NCBI GenBank assembly: GCA_902564345.1
Contig: CACFAY010000006.1
Span: 1 to 49,109, forward strand
Direction of reading: 5' to 3'
Length of the DNA: 49,109 nucleotides
From: an uncultured SAR324 cluster bacterium
GTDB lineage: Bacteria > SAR324 > NAC60-12
Shown here: positions 27,614 to 37,733 of the stretch, piece by piece
How the letters are laid out: the number at the start of each line of letters is the position of its first letter
How positions within the stretch are numbered: the stretch's first letter is position 1
Notes under the pieces: model-generated
The model's input: only the letters and a program-made list of their open reading frames with translations
The model's database searches: none
What the model was told of the DNA's origin: nothing
Translations under genes and position numbers: made by a program

Positions 27614-29671
27614 TTGATAAAGAATAAGAATATCATCGAAACAAAGCCGAGTGTCTGTCCGTTAGATTGTCCTGATACATGCAGTTTGTCAGTAAAGACC
27701 AATGGCGAGCATATCTTAGAAGTACGTGGTTCGATAGCCAATCCCTATACAGCCGGAGTAATTTGCAGTAAAGTTATGCGTGCCTACCCGGATTTCGTAC
27801 ACGGAGCGAAACGTCTTTCTCATCCTCTAAAACGTATTGGTCCACGCGGAGGTAATCATTTCGAAATTATTTCCTGGAAAAAAGCTTTAGATCTTGTGCA
27901 TGAGGGATTCACTTCTGCTATGGCTAAGTATGGACCCCAAACAGTAATGCCGCTTAATTACGCTGGGCCGCATGGTGAGCTTGCTTGCGCATCTATGGAC
28001 CGCCGTTTTTTTCACAAGCTTGGTGCATCCTTGCTCTCTCGTGGAGAACTTTGTGGTCTTGTACGTGAATCAGCCTACAATAGCCTTTATGGTGATGTTC
28101 CTGGAATGCCTCCTGAGCAGATGCGGCATTCTGATCTAATTATTATTTGGGGCAACAACGTCACAGTTTCCAATCTTCATCTGGCGAGGGTAATCAAAAC
28201 TGCACGGGAGAATCATTGTGCAAAACTGGTTGTAATAGATCCTAAGAGGACACGAATATCTGAACAAGCTGACTTGTTCATCCAGATTCAGCCAGGGACT
28301 GATGTTATTCTAGCATTAGCGATGTCCACAGAACTGGAGCAGCGCGGCGCTCACAAAATGGGATTCATAGATAAGTGGGTCGATGGCTATGAAGCCTATA
28401 TGGATAACGCACGAACTTATACAAAAGAAATGGTTTCCGAAAAATGTGGTATCGATTACGAGATCTTTAACCAGTTCTCCGAATGGTACAAAGATTCCAA
28501 TATAGTTAGTATCTCTGTTGGTAATGGACCGGAACGCGGCCATAGTGGTGGATCTGGAATTCGAGCTGCTATGGCTTTGCAAGCACTTACTGGAAATCAC
28601 GGTAAGATGGGTGCAGGTGTCTTCGCCAAACCAGGAAATTCCTTTCCGAGATCAACTGAACGACTCGAAAGACCCGATCTTATACCTGAAGGAACAAGGA
28701 CAATTAACATTGTCGACACATCTAAAGTATTGCTGAAGAAATCTATGGTACCACCTATAAAGGCGGTTTTCATATACAACCACAATCCAGTTGTCACACA
28801 TCCAGATCAAAATCGGATGCGCCGGGCTTTGGCCCAGGAGGATCTGTTCATTGCAGGTAGTGACGTTGTCATGACTGACTCCATGTCCTATTGTGACGTG
28901 GTTTTACCGGCAGCAAGTCATTTCGAATTCAACGATATATATGGCTCTTATGGTCATAACTATCTGCAAAGAGCTGAGCCTGTAATAACTTGTGTAGGTG
29001 AGTCTTTACCGAATACGGAGATCTTCCGTCGTCTTGCCGCAAGGTTTGGTTTCAACGATCAGATCTTCCAGGAAACAGATGCTGAATTGATGGACGCTGC
29101 GTTTGACGAAGGAGATCCAAGACTTAATGGATATAGACCTAGTGAGTTGCCTTTAGAAAAGGCTATAGCAATGAGTACCAAAGAAGGTGCGGATTTAATT
29201 CTTTGTGATACTGTCTTTCCTAAGACTAAATCAGGTAAGATTGAACTGTTTAGCCAAGATCTGGAAGAAAGATTCGGATACGGTCTTCCACGCTTCGAAC
29301 CAGTAGAGCGAAAATATCCTTTGTTGATAATCTCACCCTCTTCCTCGAAGAGGACCAATGCGACTTTTGGCGGATGTATTTTTTCGGAAGGACAAGAAGA
29401 ATTGGAGATTAATCCATTAGATGCCAAGATTCGCGGTATTTCTGATGGTGACAATGTAAAAGTTCATAACGAGCGTGGTGAGACTTTTCTTATCGCACGT
29501 ATTACAGATTCAGTCTTGCCTGGAGTCCTGTATACACCCAAGGGCACATGGATATCTGCAAGTAAGTCTGAACAAACTGTAAATGCGCTGCTTGATGCTG
29601 ACATCCGTACAGATATTGAGGATGGTGCTTGTTGTAACGAGGTCTTCTGCGAAGTTAGTAGAATTAATTAA
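27614..29671 (+). CDS. Molybdopterin (DMSO-reductase superfamily) oxidoreductase of unknown substrate, cytoplasmic
   Basis: N-terminal CPLDCPDTC...C 4Fe-4S motif, WGNN, VVIDP, PGTD, DVVLPAA, C-terminal INPLDA..RGI.DGD.V.V.N.RG MGD-binding domain; no Tat signal. Confidence 0.88.
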   Translation: MIKNKNIIETKPSVCPLDCPDTCSLSVKTNGEHILEVRGSIANPYTAGVICSKVMRAYPDFVHGAKRLSHPLKRIGPRGGNHFEIISWKKALDLVHEGFTSAMAKYGPQTVMPLNYAGPHGELACASMDRRFFHKLGASLLSRGELCGLVRESAYNSLYGDVPGMPPEQMRHSDLIIIWGNNVTVSNLHLARVIKTARENHCAKLVVIDPKRTRISEQADLFIQIQPGTDVILALAMSTELEQRGAHKMGFIDKWVDGYEAYMDNARTYTKEMVSEKCGIDYEIFNQFSEWYKDSNIVSISVGNGPERGHSGGSGIRAAMALQALTGNHGKMGAGVFAKPGNSFPRSTERLERPDLIPEGTRTINIVDTSKVLLKKSMVPPIKAVFIYNHNPVVTHPDQNRMRRALAQEDLFIAGSDVVMTDSMSYCDVVLPAASHFEFNDIYGSYGHNYLQRAEPVITCVGESLPNTEIFRRLAARFGFNDQIFQETDAELMDAAFDEGDPRLNGYRPSELPLEKAIAMSTKEGADLILCDTVFPKTKSGKIELFSQDLEERFGYGLPRFEPVERKYPLLIISPSSSKRTNATFGGCIFSEGQEELEINPLDAKIRGISDGDNVKVHNERGETFLIARITDSVLPGVLYTPKGTWISASKSEQTVNALLDADIRTDIEDGACCNEVFCEVSRIN

Positions 29672-29726
29672 ATAAACAAATATTTACTCCCATTTTGATA
29701 AATTCTAATAATTATAAAGTTTACTG

Positions 29727-30359
29727 ATGCTGAAAAATAATTCACATGTTGATTTGGAAGAAATAGAAAATCTAACTATTGGGCATTATGAGGAAAATGC
29801 GGAGTCTTTTAGAATTGGAACAAAGGATCATGATGTAAGTCAAAATATAGCGGCATTTCTTGGCGCACTTCCCAAGGGTAAGCAATTGGATATTCTTGAC
29901 TTTGGATGTGGCCCAGGAAGAGATTTAAATGTTTTTAAACAAATGGGACACAGGCCTACAGGATTGGATGGGAGCAAAGAATTTTGCAAAATGACTCAAA
30001 AATTAAGCAAATTCCCTATTCTACATCAAAAATTTTTACATCTTGAACTTGAAGATAACAGTTTCGATGGAGTTTTTGCTAATGCTTCACTTTTTCATGT
30101 TCCAAGCCTTGAACTTTCAAGGGTGCTTAAAGAAATACACTCTGCATTAAGAAAAGGAGGGATTTTATTTTCTTCCAATCCAAGGGGTTGTACAGAGGGA
30201 TGGCAGGGACAACGTTACGGCCATTACATGGAATTTGAAGAAAGTGAGATCTATCTTAAGAAAAACGGATTCAAAATATTATACCATTATTATCGTCCTT
30301 CTGGAAAGCCTAGGGAGCTTCAGCCTTGGTTGGCAATTGTAAGTCAACGGCAGGAATGA
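29727..30359 (+). CDS. Class I SAM-dependent methyltransferase
   Basis: ILDFGCGPGRD, GLDGS, FDGVFANASLFHVP, LRKGG. Confidence 0.88.
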   Translation: MLKNNSHVDLEEIENLTIGHYEENAESFRIGTKDHDVSQNIAAFLGALPKGKQLDILDFGCGPGRDLNVFKQMGHRPTGLDGSKEFCKMTQKLSKFPILHQKFLHLELEDNSFDGVFANASLFHVPSLELSRVLKEIHSALRKGGILFSSNPRGCTEGWQGQRYGHYMEFEESEIYLKKNGFKILYHYYRPSGKPRELQPWLAIVSQRQE

Positions 30360-30495
30360 GAATTAGGATCCCACAGGTTAAAATTCAAAACAAAAATTAA
30401 CTTTGAATTATTTTATTTCATGATTGAACCGCTGAACAAAAATAAAGATGGACGTCAAAAATATTTTAAAATACTGTAAAATTATTTTGATCCCA

Positions 30496-31110
30496 CTATT
30501 TAAAAGCAATCATTCCTCCTGCTCCAATCAATAAAATTCCTCCAATTCGATTAGTCCAAAGATGTATAAGGGGAAGCCGCATATGCTGCCCTACGAGGCT
30601 AGATAGCAGGGAGTATAAAAGGACTGATAGAAGAGCCAGCCCAAGGAAGGTTGATCCCAAAATCAGGGACTGTGTTATAAAAGATTTTCCAGAATCTATG
30701 AACTGGGGTAAAAAAGCCAGAAAAAATACAATGCTTTTTGGATTAAGTGCTGTTATTACAAATGCGTTAGCCATTATTGCATGCCATACTTCGGTATCTA
30801 TATTTTCTGTCAATTCTAGTGATTATGATTCACTTCTCCACATTCTAATTCCCAGCCAAATCAAATATGCGGCTCCGATCCACTTAAAAAATTGAAATAC
30901 TATCGAAACTGTCTGTAAAAGCAGTCCCACCCCTATGAATGAAAGTAACATAGCGACAACATCTCCCAGCCCCACTCCCAAGAGAAGAGCAAAAACTGCC
31001 TGTCTGCCGCGAATCAATGAGTAACTGATCACAAGCAGAATGGTTGGACCCGGTATTAGCAAAAAGCTTGATATTACTAAAGCGTAGGTCAGCCAAGTAT
31101 CTAATGGCAT
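30496..31110 (-). pseudogene. LysE/RhtB family translocator interrupted by one in-frame TAA (30823-30825)
   Basis: Both ORFs are in the same frame: ...TGG AGA AGT GAA TCA TAA TCA CTA GAA TTG ACA...; joined they give 204 codons with IPGP, KWIGAAYL and NPKSIVFFLAFLPQF motifs; could be a sequencing error. Confidence 0.8.
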
Positions 31111-31174
31111 TTATGAAACTTATTGTGGAGGGTAACTAGAAGCTTGAATTAAAAATTTTCAAGTCAATGCGTTG

Positions 31175-33640
31175 TCATGCCCTTAATTTTTTATTTTCTG
31201 GATCACAGGGTGATTCATTAATTACCCGGGCAGGACGTCGTTCACCAAGTATTTCAATTTCAAGTTGGGCTCCAGTCTCACTGTAACCTTTTCTGATATA
31301 AGCCAGAGCAAGACTTTTCCCGATACTGTGACCGAAGCATCCTGAAGTTGCGCGTCCAATCATTTCACCTGACAAGTCTGAATTGCCAGGAAGGAAAACA
31401 GGCTCGCTGCCCATTGCATCTGCATCAGTTGTGTCTATTTCGAGTGTAATAAATTCCTGAGGAACTCCAGTTTCTTTTTGCTTAAGCAGTCCTTGTTTAC
31501 CAACAAAATCATTCTTTTTGAATTGTACAAACTTGTCTAATCCTGCTTCTAAGATAGAATACTCACGTGTTAAATCAGCACCCCACATGCGATAAGATTT
31601 TTCTACGCGCATTGATTCCATTGCATACATCCCGAAGTGAGTTAAATCGAATTCTGCACCTGCCTCAACAATTGAATCAAACAACTGGATTTGTTGATCA
31701 ATAGGATGATGCAATTCCCACCCAAGTTCGCCTACAAAATTTACACGCATTGCCATAAGAGGTATGTCAGCTATTGAAATACGTTGTGATGTCAGCCATG
31801 GGAAAGCCTCATTGGACATATCAGCATCAGTAATTTTTGAAAGTAAATCACGAGATCGGGGTCCACAAACAACCAATGTTCCATAATCAAGAGTTATGTT
31901 TTTCAACGCTACGCTTCCATCACGAGGCATGTTGCGAAGAAGTAAATCATGATCATGACGCTCCGCAGCTCCTGAACTGACTGCAAAAAACTTATCCTTT
32001 TCTCTGGTAATAGTAAACTCCGATTCTACTCCGCCTGTTTTAGTTAAGGCATGAGCCAAGACTGTTCCTCCCTGCTTGGAGGGAAGACGGTTTGCTATCA
32101 TTTTGTTCAAAAATTCCTCTGCACCTGGCCCTGAAATTTCGTGTTTGGTGAAAGGTGTTAAATCTAGCAGACCAACATTCTCCCGAACTGACCTTACTTC
32201 TTCACCTACTCTTTCAAACCAGTTTGTACGATGAGTGTGGAAGCTGTATTTATTAAAAGGTTCCTCTCCTTCGGGCGCAAACCAATTTGGACGTTCCCAT
32301 CCATAGCGTTGACCAAATGCGGCATTAAGTGATTTATGACGCTCATATACTGGGCTTGTTTTGGCAGGGCGTGCTGCTGGTCTTTCTTCAAAATCATAGT
32401 GTATTATAAATACGTGTTCGTAACACTCTTCGTTTTTAGCTTTGATGAAATCACGTGTAGACTGTTCAGCACTGAAACGTCTAGGGTCAACTCCCATCAT
32501 ATCAATGCTAGGAGAACCTTCAATTATCCATTCAGCAAGATGTTTACCCGAACCTCCTGCTGCAGTAATGCCGAAACTATGACCTTCTGATATCCAGAAA
32601 TTTCTCAATCCCCATGCTGGTCCTACCATTGGATTGCCATCGGGTGTATAAGCTATTGGCCCGTTGATATGGTCTTTAATTCCTGCAGTTTCGAATAATG
32701 GCACACGTTCTCCCGCAGCAATTATGTGAGGCTCAAGTCGTTCAAGATCAGGGGGTAATAGTTCTTGTCCAAATCCTTCGGGGACTCCATCAAGGGCCCA
32801 GCACGGTGCACCCTTCTCATATGGTCCGAGAATAAGCCCATCTGCCTCCTGCCGCATGTAATATGATGCGTCGCTTTCACGTAAAACTGCCATTTCCGGA
32901 TTCCCACTGCGGTTATACTCGACCAGTTCAGGTATTGGTCCTGTGACAATAAACTGGTGTTCAACAGGTACGACAGGGAGCTCAAGGCCTACCATTCGTC
33001 CAGTTTGTCGTGCGTAATTTCCAGTACAAGAAACTACGACTTCACATGTGATGTCACCCTTGTTTGTACTTACAACCCATTCATCATTAGGCTTCTGTGA
33101 AATGGAAGAAACTTCTACATCTGTGTAAGCTTCGGCACCATTAGTTCTTGCACCTTTGAGCAGTGCCATTGTTACATCAACCGGAGCAACATGACCGTCA
33201 TCTGGATGATAAAGTGCGCCCTCAAGATCATCAACTTTTGCAAATGGCCAAAGTTTTTTGATCTCATCAGGACCAATCACTTCAAATGGTACTCCTATTG
33301 TGGAAGCAGTTCCACAATATCTCCTATATTCATCCATCCTCTCCTGATTCCTGGCCAGTCTAAGATTACCGGTTTTATGGAAACTGACAGGCTGGCCTGT
33401 TTCAGCTTCAAGTCCTTGGTATAAGTCAACGCTATATTTATGAATTTTTCCAACACTGTAACTCATATTAAAAAGAGGTAGTAATCCAGCTGCATGCCAT
33501 GTGGATCCTGAGGTATATTCATTTTTTTCCAGCAAAACCACTTCCTTCCAACCCATTTTTGCCAAGTGGTACAATGTGCTTGAACCTACTATCCCTCCTC
33601 CGATTACTACAGCTCTATAATGTGTTTTCATTTTTCTCAC
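31175..33640 (-). CDS. Dimethylglycine dehydrogenase-like flavoprotein (DAO + GcvT domains)
   Basis: VIGGGIVG, GSTWHAAG (covalent FAD His), YTPDGNP, GWERPNWF, FVGELGWELH, SMRVEKSYR.WG; adjacent etfAB. Confidence 0.88.
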   Translation of the reverse strand: MRKMKTHYRAVVIGGGIVGSSTLYHLAKMGWKEVVLLEKNEYTSGSTWHAAGLLPLFNMSYSVGKIHKYSVDLYQGLEAETGQPVSFHKTGNLRLARNQERMDEYRRYCGTASTIGVPFEVIGPDEIKKLWPFAKVDDLEGALYHPDDGHVAPVDVTMALLKGARTNGAEAYTDVEVSSISQKPNDEWVVSTNKGDITCEVVVSCTGNYARQTGRMVGLELPVVPVEHQFIVTGPIPELVEYNRSGNPEMAVLRESDASYYMRQEADGLILGPYEKGAPCWALDGVPEGFGQELLPPDLERLEPHIIAAGERVPLFETAGIKDHINGPIAYTPDGNPMVGPAWGLRNFWISEGHSFGITAAGGSGKHLAEWIIEGSPSIDMMGVDPRRFSAEQSTRDFIKAKNEECYEHVFIIHYDFEERPAARPAKTSPVYERHKSLNAAFGQRYGWERPNWFAPEGEEPFNKYSFHTHRTNWFERVGEEVRSVRENVGLLDLTPFTKHEISGPGAEEFLNKMIANRLPSKQGGTVLAHALTKTGGVESEFTITREKDKFFAVSSGAAERHDHDLLLRNMPRDGSVALKNITLDYGTLVVCGPRSRDLLSKITDADMSNEAFPWLTSQRISIADIPLMAMRVNFVGELGWELHHPIDQQIQLFDSIVEAGAEFDLTHFGMYAMESMRVEKSYRMWGADLTREYSILEAGLDKFVQFKKNDFVGKQGLLKQKETGVPQEFITLEIDTTDADAMGSEPVFLPGNSDLSGEMIGRATSGCFGHSIGKSLALAYIRKGYSETGAQLEIEILGERRPARVINESPCDPENKKLRA

Positions 33641-33769
33641 TCTTTACATATTTAATGCAAATTCTGGATATTAAATTCTCAGAAAAAAAATTAGCAAATT
33701 GTGCATGCAAAACACAATATTTTATGGTTTTAGGTAATTGCATTGTGGTTTTAATGACGCCTTTTATGT

Positions 33770-34732
33770 CTATTCCTTACGTTTTCCTACTTCCTCTCTT
33801 AAAACTGGTATGGCTTTGAAAAGATCTCCAACTATTCCGTAATCGGCAACTTTGAAAATTGGAGCTTCCGGGTCTTTATTAACTGCTACTATGACTTTTG
33901 ATCCGGACATACCTGCCAAATGCTGAATTGCCCCAGATATTCCCATGGCAAAATAAAAATCAGGATTAACCATTGTTCCTGTCTGTCCGACCTGGTGCTT
34001 GTGAGGGAGCCATCCTGCGTCACAAACTGCACGTGAAGCTCCAAATGCAGCACCTAATTCAGTTGCCAGTGGTCTGACGAATTCACATCCTTCTGTTCCA
34101 CCAACTCCGCGGCCAGCTGAGACAATAATACTTGCCTCATTAAGCTCCACTTCATTACTTTCCTCAACCTGTACTTCCCTGACCTCTATCTGTGAATGAC
34201 CAGAGGGGATGGAGAGAGAAACTGTGTTTGCAGAAGAAGGAGCAGAATTATCAGCAGGAAATATTCCGCTACGTATGCTAATTACGCGCAAACTGTCTTT
34301 GCTGAATTTACATTTTTGAACCGCCTTAGTGGCCATACATGGCCTATATGCGGTTATTTCGTCTCCATTGAATTCCAACCTAGTAACATCGCTTAAGGCA
34401 CCTGTTGACTGTCTAGCAGCTATACGTGGAGTAAGGTCTCTTCCAAATTCTGAAGATGTCAACCAGATTTGAGTAGCTCCTGACTGATGAATTGCATCTG
34501 ACACAAGTGCTGTGTATTGTTCTGTGTTGTAAATTTCTAACGATTTATCATCTCCAAGGTATACTGTACCAGCACCCTGACCTGCCAGAGTGTCTGCAAG
34601 AACAGATACTCCTGTCCCCAAGAGAACAGTATCCGATTCAAATCCCTCTGACTTTGCGAATGAAATTAATTCCAGAGTGTTTTTTTTGATTTCGCCATTT
34701 TTAACTTCGGCTACAATGAGAATTTTAGTCAT
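33770..34732 (-). CDS. etfA: Electron transfer flavoprotein alpha subunit
   Basis: IVSAGRG, GASRAVCDAGW, QVGQTG, GISGAIQHLAGM, VNKDPEAPIF..ADYGIVGD. Confidence 0.95.
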   Translation of the reverse strand: MTKILIVAEVKNGEIKKNTLELISFAKSEGFESDTVLLGTGVSVLADTLAGQGAGTVYLGDDKSLEIYNTEQYTALVSDAIHQSGATQIWLTSSEFGRDLTPRIAARQSTGALSDVTRLEFNGDEITAYRPCMATKAVQKCKFSKDSLRVISIRSGIFPADNSAPSSANTVSLSIPSGHSQIEVREVQVEESNEVELNEASIIVSAGRGVGGTEGCEFVRPLATELGAAFGASRAVCDAGWLPHKHQVGQTGTMVNPDFYFAMGISGAIQHLAGMSGSKVIVAVNKDPEAPIFKVADYGIVGDLFKAIPVLREEVGKRKE

Positions 34733-34830
34733 ATTATGTAATCTTTATAGAAATTAATTTATAATTTTAGGAAAATTGTTTTTTATCTTGCTATAATGAA
34801 TTTGTTGTTATGCAGAAACCTTTCAGATAA

Positions 34831-35616
34831 TTATGTTAAAAATTTAGCCTCTCCAACCATTAAATCCACTGCCTGCGTTACTGTATCAGCTTCATCTCCT
34901 TCAAATATTTGACCTTCTTTGCGTGACTCAGGTTTTTCAAATTGTAACACCTGTGTCATTGAACCTTGGATCCCGCTCATTTCGGATGTAATGCCTATAG
35001 AATCAAGATCAATTTCTTCCAAGGGTTTTTTCTTTGCCATCATAATACCGCGCATCGAAGCTAAGCGTGGTTCGTTTAAGCTGTCATTTACTGTAACTAA
35101 TCCCGGCATTACCATATCCACCACTTCAGTTCCATGATCGCCCTTTCGGTAAAGGGTGATATTTTTTTCAGAAACATCACTGAAGCGGATAATGTTTGTT
35201 ACTTGTGGTAGACCAAGGAATTCTGCTAGCATTGGAGCGGTTAATCCCGAATCCGTGTCCTGAGACTGCCTGCCGGTGAGTATAAGATCATAGTTGCGTC
35301 CCTCAAGAGCTTTTTGGAGTATTTTTGCGAAGGCATAAGAATCAGTTTCTCCAGCTTGATCATATTTGACGTGGATAGCTTTATGTGCTCCCATAGCCAA
35401 TCCTTTTCGCAGCGATTCTGCTGCTTTGTCAGGTCCGACGGTTAACAGTGTAACCTCACCTCCAACATCTTCTGTTATCTGCAATGCAGCTTCTAATGCA
35501 GTCTCATCCCAACTACTGATAACATAACTCAATCCTTCCTCTACTATTTCTCCTTCTTTCACTTTAATATTAAGTGCTACATCAGGAACTTGTTTAACTA
35601 GTACGATAATTTCCAC
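34831..35616 (-). CDS. etfB: Electron transfer flavoprotein beta subunit
   Basis: VLVKQVPD, ALEAAL, LAMGA, GRQSQD.D.G, NEPR..MRGIMMAKKKP. Confidence 0.95.
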   Translation of the reverse strand: MEIIVLVKQVPDVALNIKVKEGEIVEEGLSYVISSWDETALEAALQITEDVGGEVTLLTVGPDKAAESLRKGLAMGAHKAIHVKYDQAGETDSYAFAKILQKALEGRNYDLILTGRQSQDTDSGLTAPMLAEFLGLPQVTNIIRFSDVSEKNITLYRKGDHGTEVVDMVMPGLVTVNDSLNEPRLASMRGIMMAKKKPLEEIDLDSIGITSEMSGIQGSMTQVLQFEKPESRKEGQIFEGDEADTVTQAVDLMVGEAKFLT

Positions 35617-35720
35617 TTTAGTTTATATTGTTAAATATTTTTTAAATAATTAGCTGAAAGAAAAAAATCAGAAAATTTTTGACTCAGCACATGAGAAATA
35701 CAGTCAGTAATAGATAATTA

Positions 35721-36917
35721 TCAACTGCCTACTGACGCAGCAGCCTTTTCTCCGCCTAATCGATTCTCCATGAAACGATTGTAACGGAAAGGTTTAATCA
35801 TTTCAGGTGTTCCTTGAGCTATCATTTGAGCTGTGTTGTAACCGCTTGCAGGCGAAGCTTTAAAGCCATATGTTCCCCAGCCGCCATTGACATAAAAACC
35901 TTCTATTTCGTCGATAGATGAGATTATTGGGCTGTAATCCGGTGTCATGTCACATAATCCTGCCCATTGTCGCTGAACTGCAACATTATGCAAGACGGGA
36001 AATAGTTCAAGTACATGAGCGGCATAACTTTCAAGAAAACCGAGAGTTGATCGCATTCCATAATGAGGATATGTGTCAATTCCATTTCCACACACAAGTT
36101 CTCCCCGATCGGTCTGACTGAGGTAGATGTGGAGTGAACCACTGACTACAACGTGATGCAGCCAAGGTTTATAGCCTTGTGTTACAAGAGCTTGAAGTGG
36201 ATGAGTCACAATAGGTAATTTAACACCAACTTTTCGGCAAACTTCCGAACTCCATCCCGCAACAACTGAAACGAGGCTCTTACAGTTTATTTTACCCTTG
36301 TTAGTTACAACTCCTTTAACTTTACCTTTTTCAATAATGATATCCTCTACCTTTGTCAACTGATGAATGTGCACACCTGCCTTGTCAGCTCCTCTTGCAT
36401 ATGCCCAGACTACGGCGTCATGACGAATAATACCGCCTGGAGGATGATAAAGCGCTCCCATTACAGGGAAACGAGGGTGATTAGAAATATCAATCTCAGG
36501 AAGCATCTCTTTAATCTCTTTTGGCTCAAGCATGTAACTGTCGATTCCAAGTGCCTTGTTGTTTTCAGCTCTTGTAACCAAACCCGACACTGCAGCTGTA
36601 GAATGACCTAGTGTGAAGTGCCCCTGCTGGCTGAACATCAGGTTATAATTAAGCTCTAATGACAGGTTTTCATAAAGTTTAAGGCTTTGGTCGTAAAATT
36701 TTATTCCTTCCTCTGTTCGATAATTTGAACGAAGAATTGCAGTGTTTCTGCCTGAGCCACCATAACCAATAAATTTCTGTTCGAGAACGGCAATATTTGT
36801 AATGCCGAGTTTGGTCAAATAATATGCTGTTGCCAATCCGTGTGCACCTGCCCCGATTATAACCACATCGTAGGATTTCTCCAGATCGTGGTTTTTCCAC
36901 ATTCGTTTATCCATCAT
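35721..36917 (-). CDS. soxB: Heterotetrameric sarcosine oxidase / N-methylglutamate dehydrogenase beta-type subunit (MgdA-like)
   Basis: YDVVIIGAGAHGLATAYYL, GRNTAILRSNY, RHDAVVW (FMN-binding His region), VSGSLH.Y.SQ..RGELV, GWGTYGFKA, GEKAAASVG; symbol is a family label only. Confidence 0.85.
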   Translation of the reverse strand: MMDKRMWKNHDLEKSYDVVIIGAGAHGLATAYYLTKLGITNIAVLEQKFIGYGGSGRNTAILRSNYRTEEGIKFYDQSLKLYENLSLELNYNLMFSQQGHFTLGHSTAAVSGLVTRAENNKALGIDSYMLEPKEIKEMLPEIDISNHPRFPVMGALYHPPGGIIRHDAVVWAYARGADKAGVHIHQLTKVEDIIIEKGKVKGVVTNKGKINCKSLVSVVAGWSSEVCRKVGVKLPIVTHPLQALVTQGYKPWLHHVVVSGSLHIYLSQTDRGELVCGNGIDTYPHYGMRSTLGFLESYAAHVLELFPVLHNVAVQRQWAGLCDMTPDYSPIISSIDEIEGFYVNGGWGTYGFKASPASGYNTAQMIAQGTPEMIKPFRYNRFMENRLGGEKAAASVGS

Positions 36918-37573
36918 TTATCCTTTTCAAATGAGACAGGAATTGTCTCAATTCCTGCTGGTACAAGTCCTACTCCAATGCCGACATCCATCAATGCATC
37001 ATAAAGCGATTCTGTGAGATTCCTCGGATGCATAATGATGTCAAAATTATTGGTTCGATACAGAGTCATATTTATTGTGTGAATCGATGATTGAATCACT
37101 GAACCGGCGACAACTCTGTCACGTCTCAAATCAACTGCTGTTGAACGCTCTAGAACCTCATCCCGTCGTGGGCCTCCTAATACTAAACAGCCGTTTGAAC
37201 CCGACTGATCAGTAACAGTTGTTATCTTTGAATCAATTTTCTCCAGCATACCTTTTTCCATGCCAGGGTTGCATAAAATCAGATAGTCATTTTTTGTCAA
37301 TCTCAGTATAGCCATTTTTGAATCAGCTATTGAACTCAGTGGCTCAATCTTAGAAGATCCCTTTAGTATCTTTTCAGCCGCTGCTGATGCATCCCCCCGA
37401 GAAAGAGAAATTTTGCCAATGTGCGACCAGTCGACGAGGACTGAACTTTTTTTCAGGTTCTCCTGCTCACGTTCAGTATTCCCAAAATTCCCGGCAATAT
37501 GCCATCCTGAAACTTCAAAAATATTTACTGGGTGATTGCGGTATATTCCTGAAAGAGGGCTTGTTTTAATCAC
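36914..37573 (-). CDS. soxG: Sarcosine oxidase gamma / MgdD-like subunit (GcvT N-terminal-like fold)
   Basis: SPL start, LVDWSHIGK, TVTDQSG...LVLGGP...VL....VDLR; overlaps the beta gene by 4 nt. Confidence 0.7.
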   Translation of the reverse strand: MIKTSPLSGIYRNHPVNIFEVSGWHIAGNFGNTEREQENLKKSSVLVDWSHIGKISLSRGDASAAAEKILKGSSKIEPLSSIADSKMAILRLTKNDYLILCNPGMEKGMLEKIDSKITTVTDQSGSNGCLVLGGPRRDEVLERSTAVDLRRDRVVAGSVIQSSIHTINMTLYRTNNFDIIMHPRNLTESLYDALMDVGIGVGLVPAGIETIPVSFEKDK

Positions 37574-37733
37574 TTCATTCTCCTCTTGTTTGTAATCTGA
37601 CTATGATGTTGTATTTTTTTGAATAATCTATTTTTTTAAATTTTAATCTCATCTTTTGGCTCGAAAACGTTTTATTAAAACTTAATAAAATCTCCACTAT
37701 ACTAAATGTCATTAGAAGATTAATTTTTTAAAT

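Noticed and set aside
27614-29671. Somewhat higher GC in the molybdoenzyme gene, suggesting horizontal transfer
   Set aside because: By eye it is similar to other large enzyme genes here (e.g. the alpha subunit), there are no flanking repeats or mobility genes, and I cannot compute codon statistics
30823-30825. Possible recoding (selenocysteine, pyrrolysine or alternative code) at the LysE internal stop
   Set aside because: The codon is TAA, which terminates many other genes here; Sec uses TGA and Pyl uses TAG
33641-33769. Possible sigma54 promoter or glycine/THF/cobalamin riboswitch upstream of the DMG dehydrogenase, and the 33499..33819 plus-strand ORF
   Set aside because: TGCACAATTTGCT lacks the GG-N10-GC geometry, the spacer is short and AT-rich with no riboswitch core, and the ORF overlaps two real genes antisense
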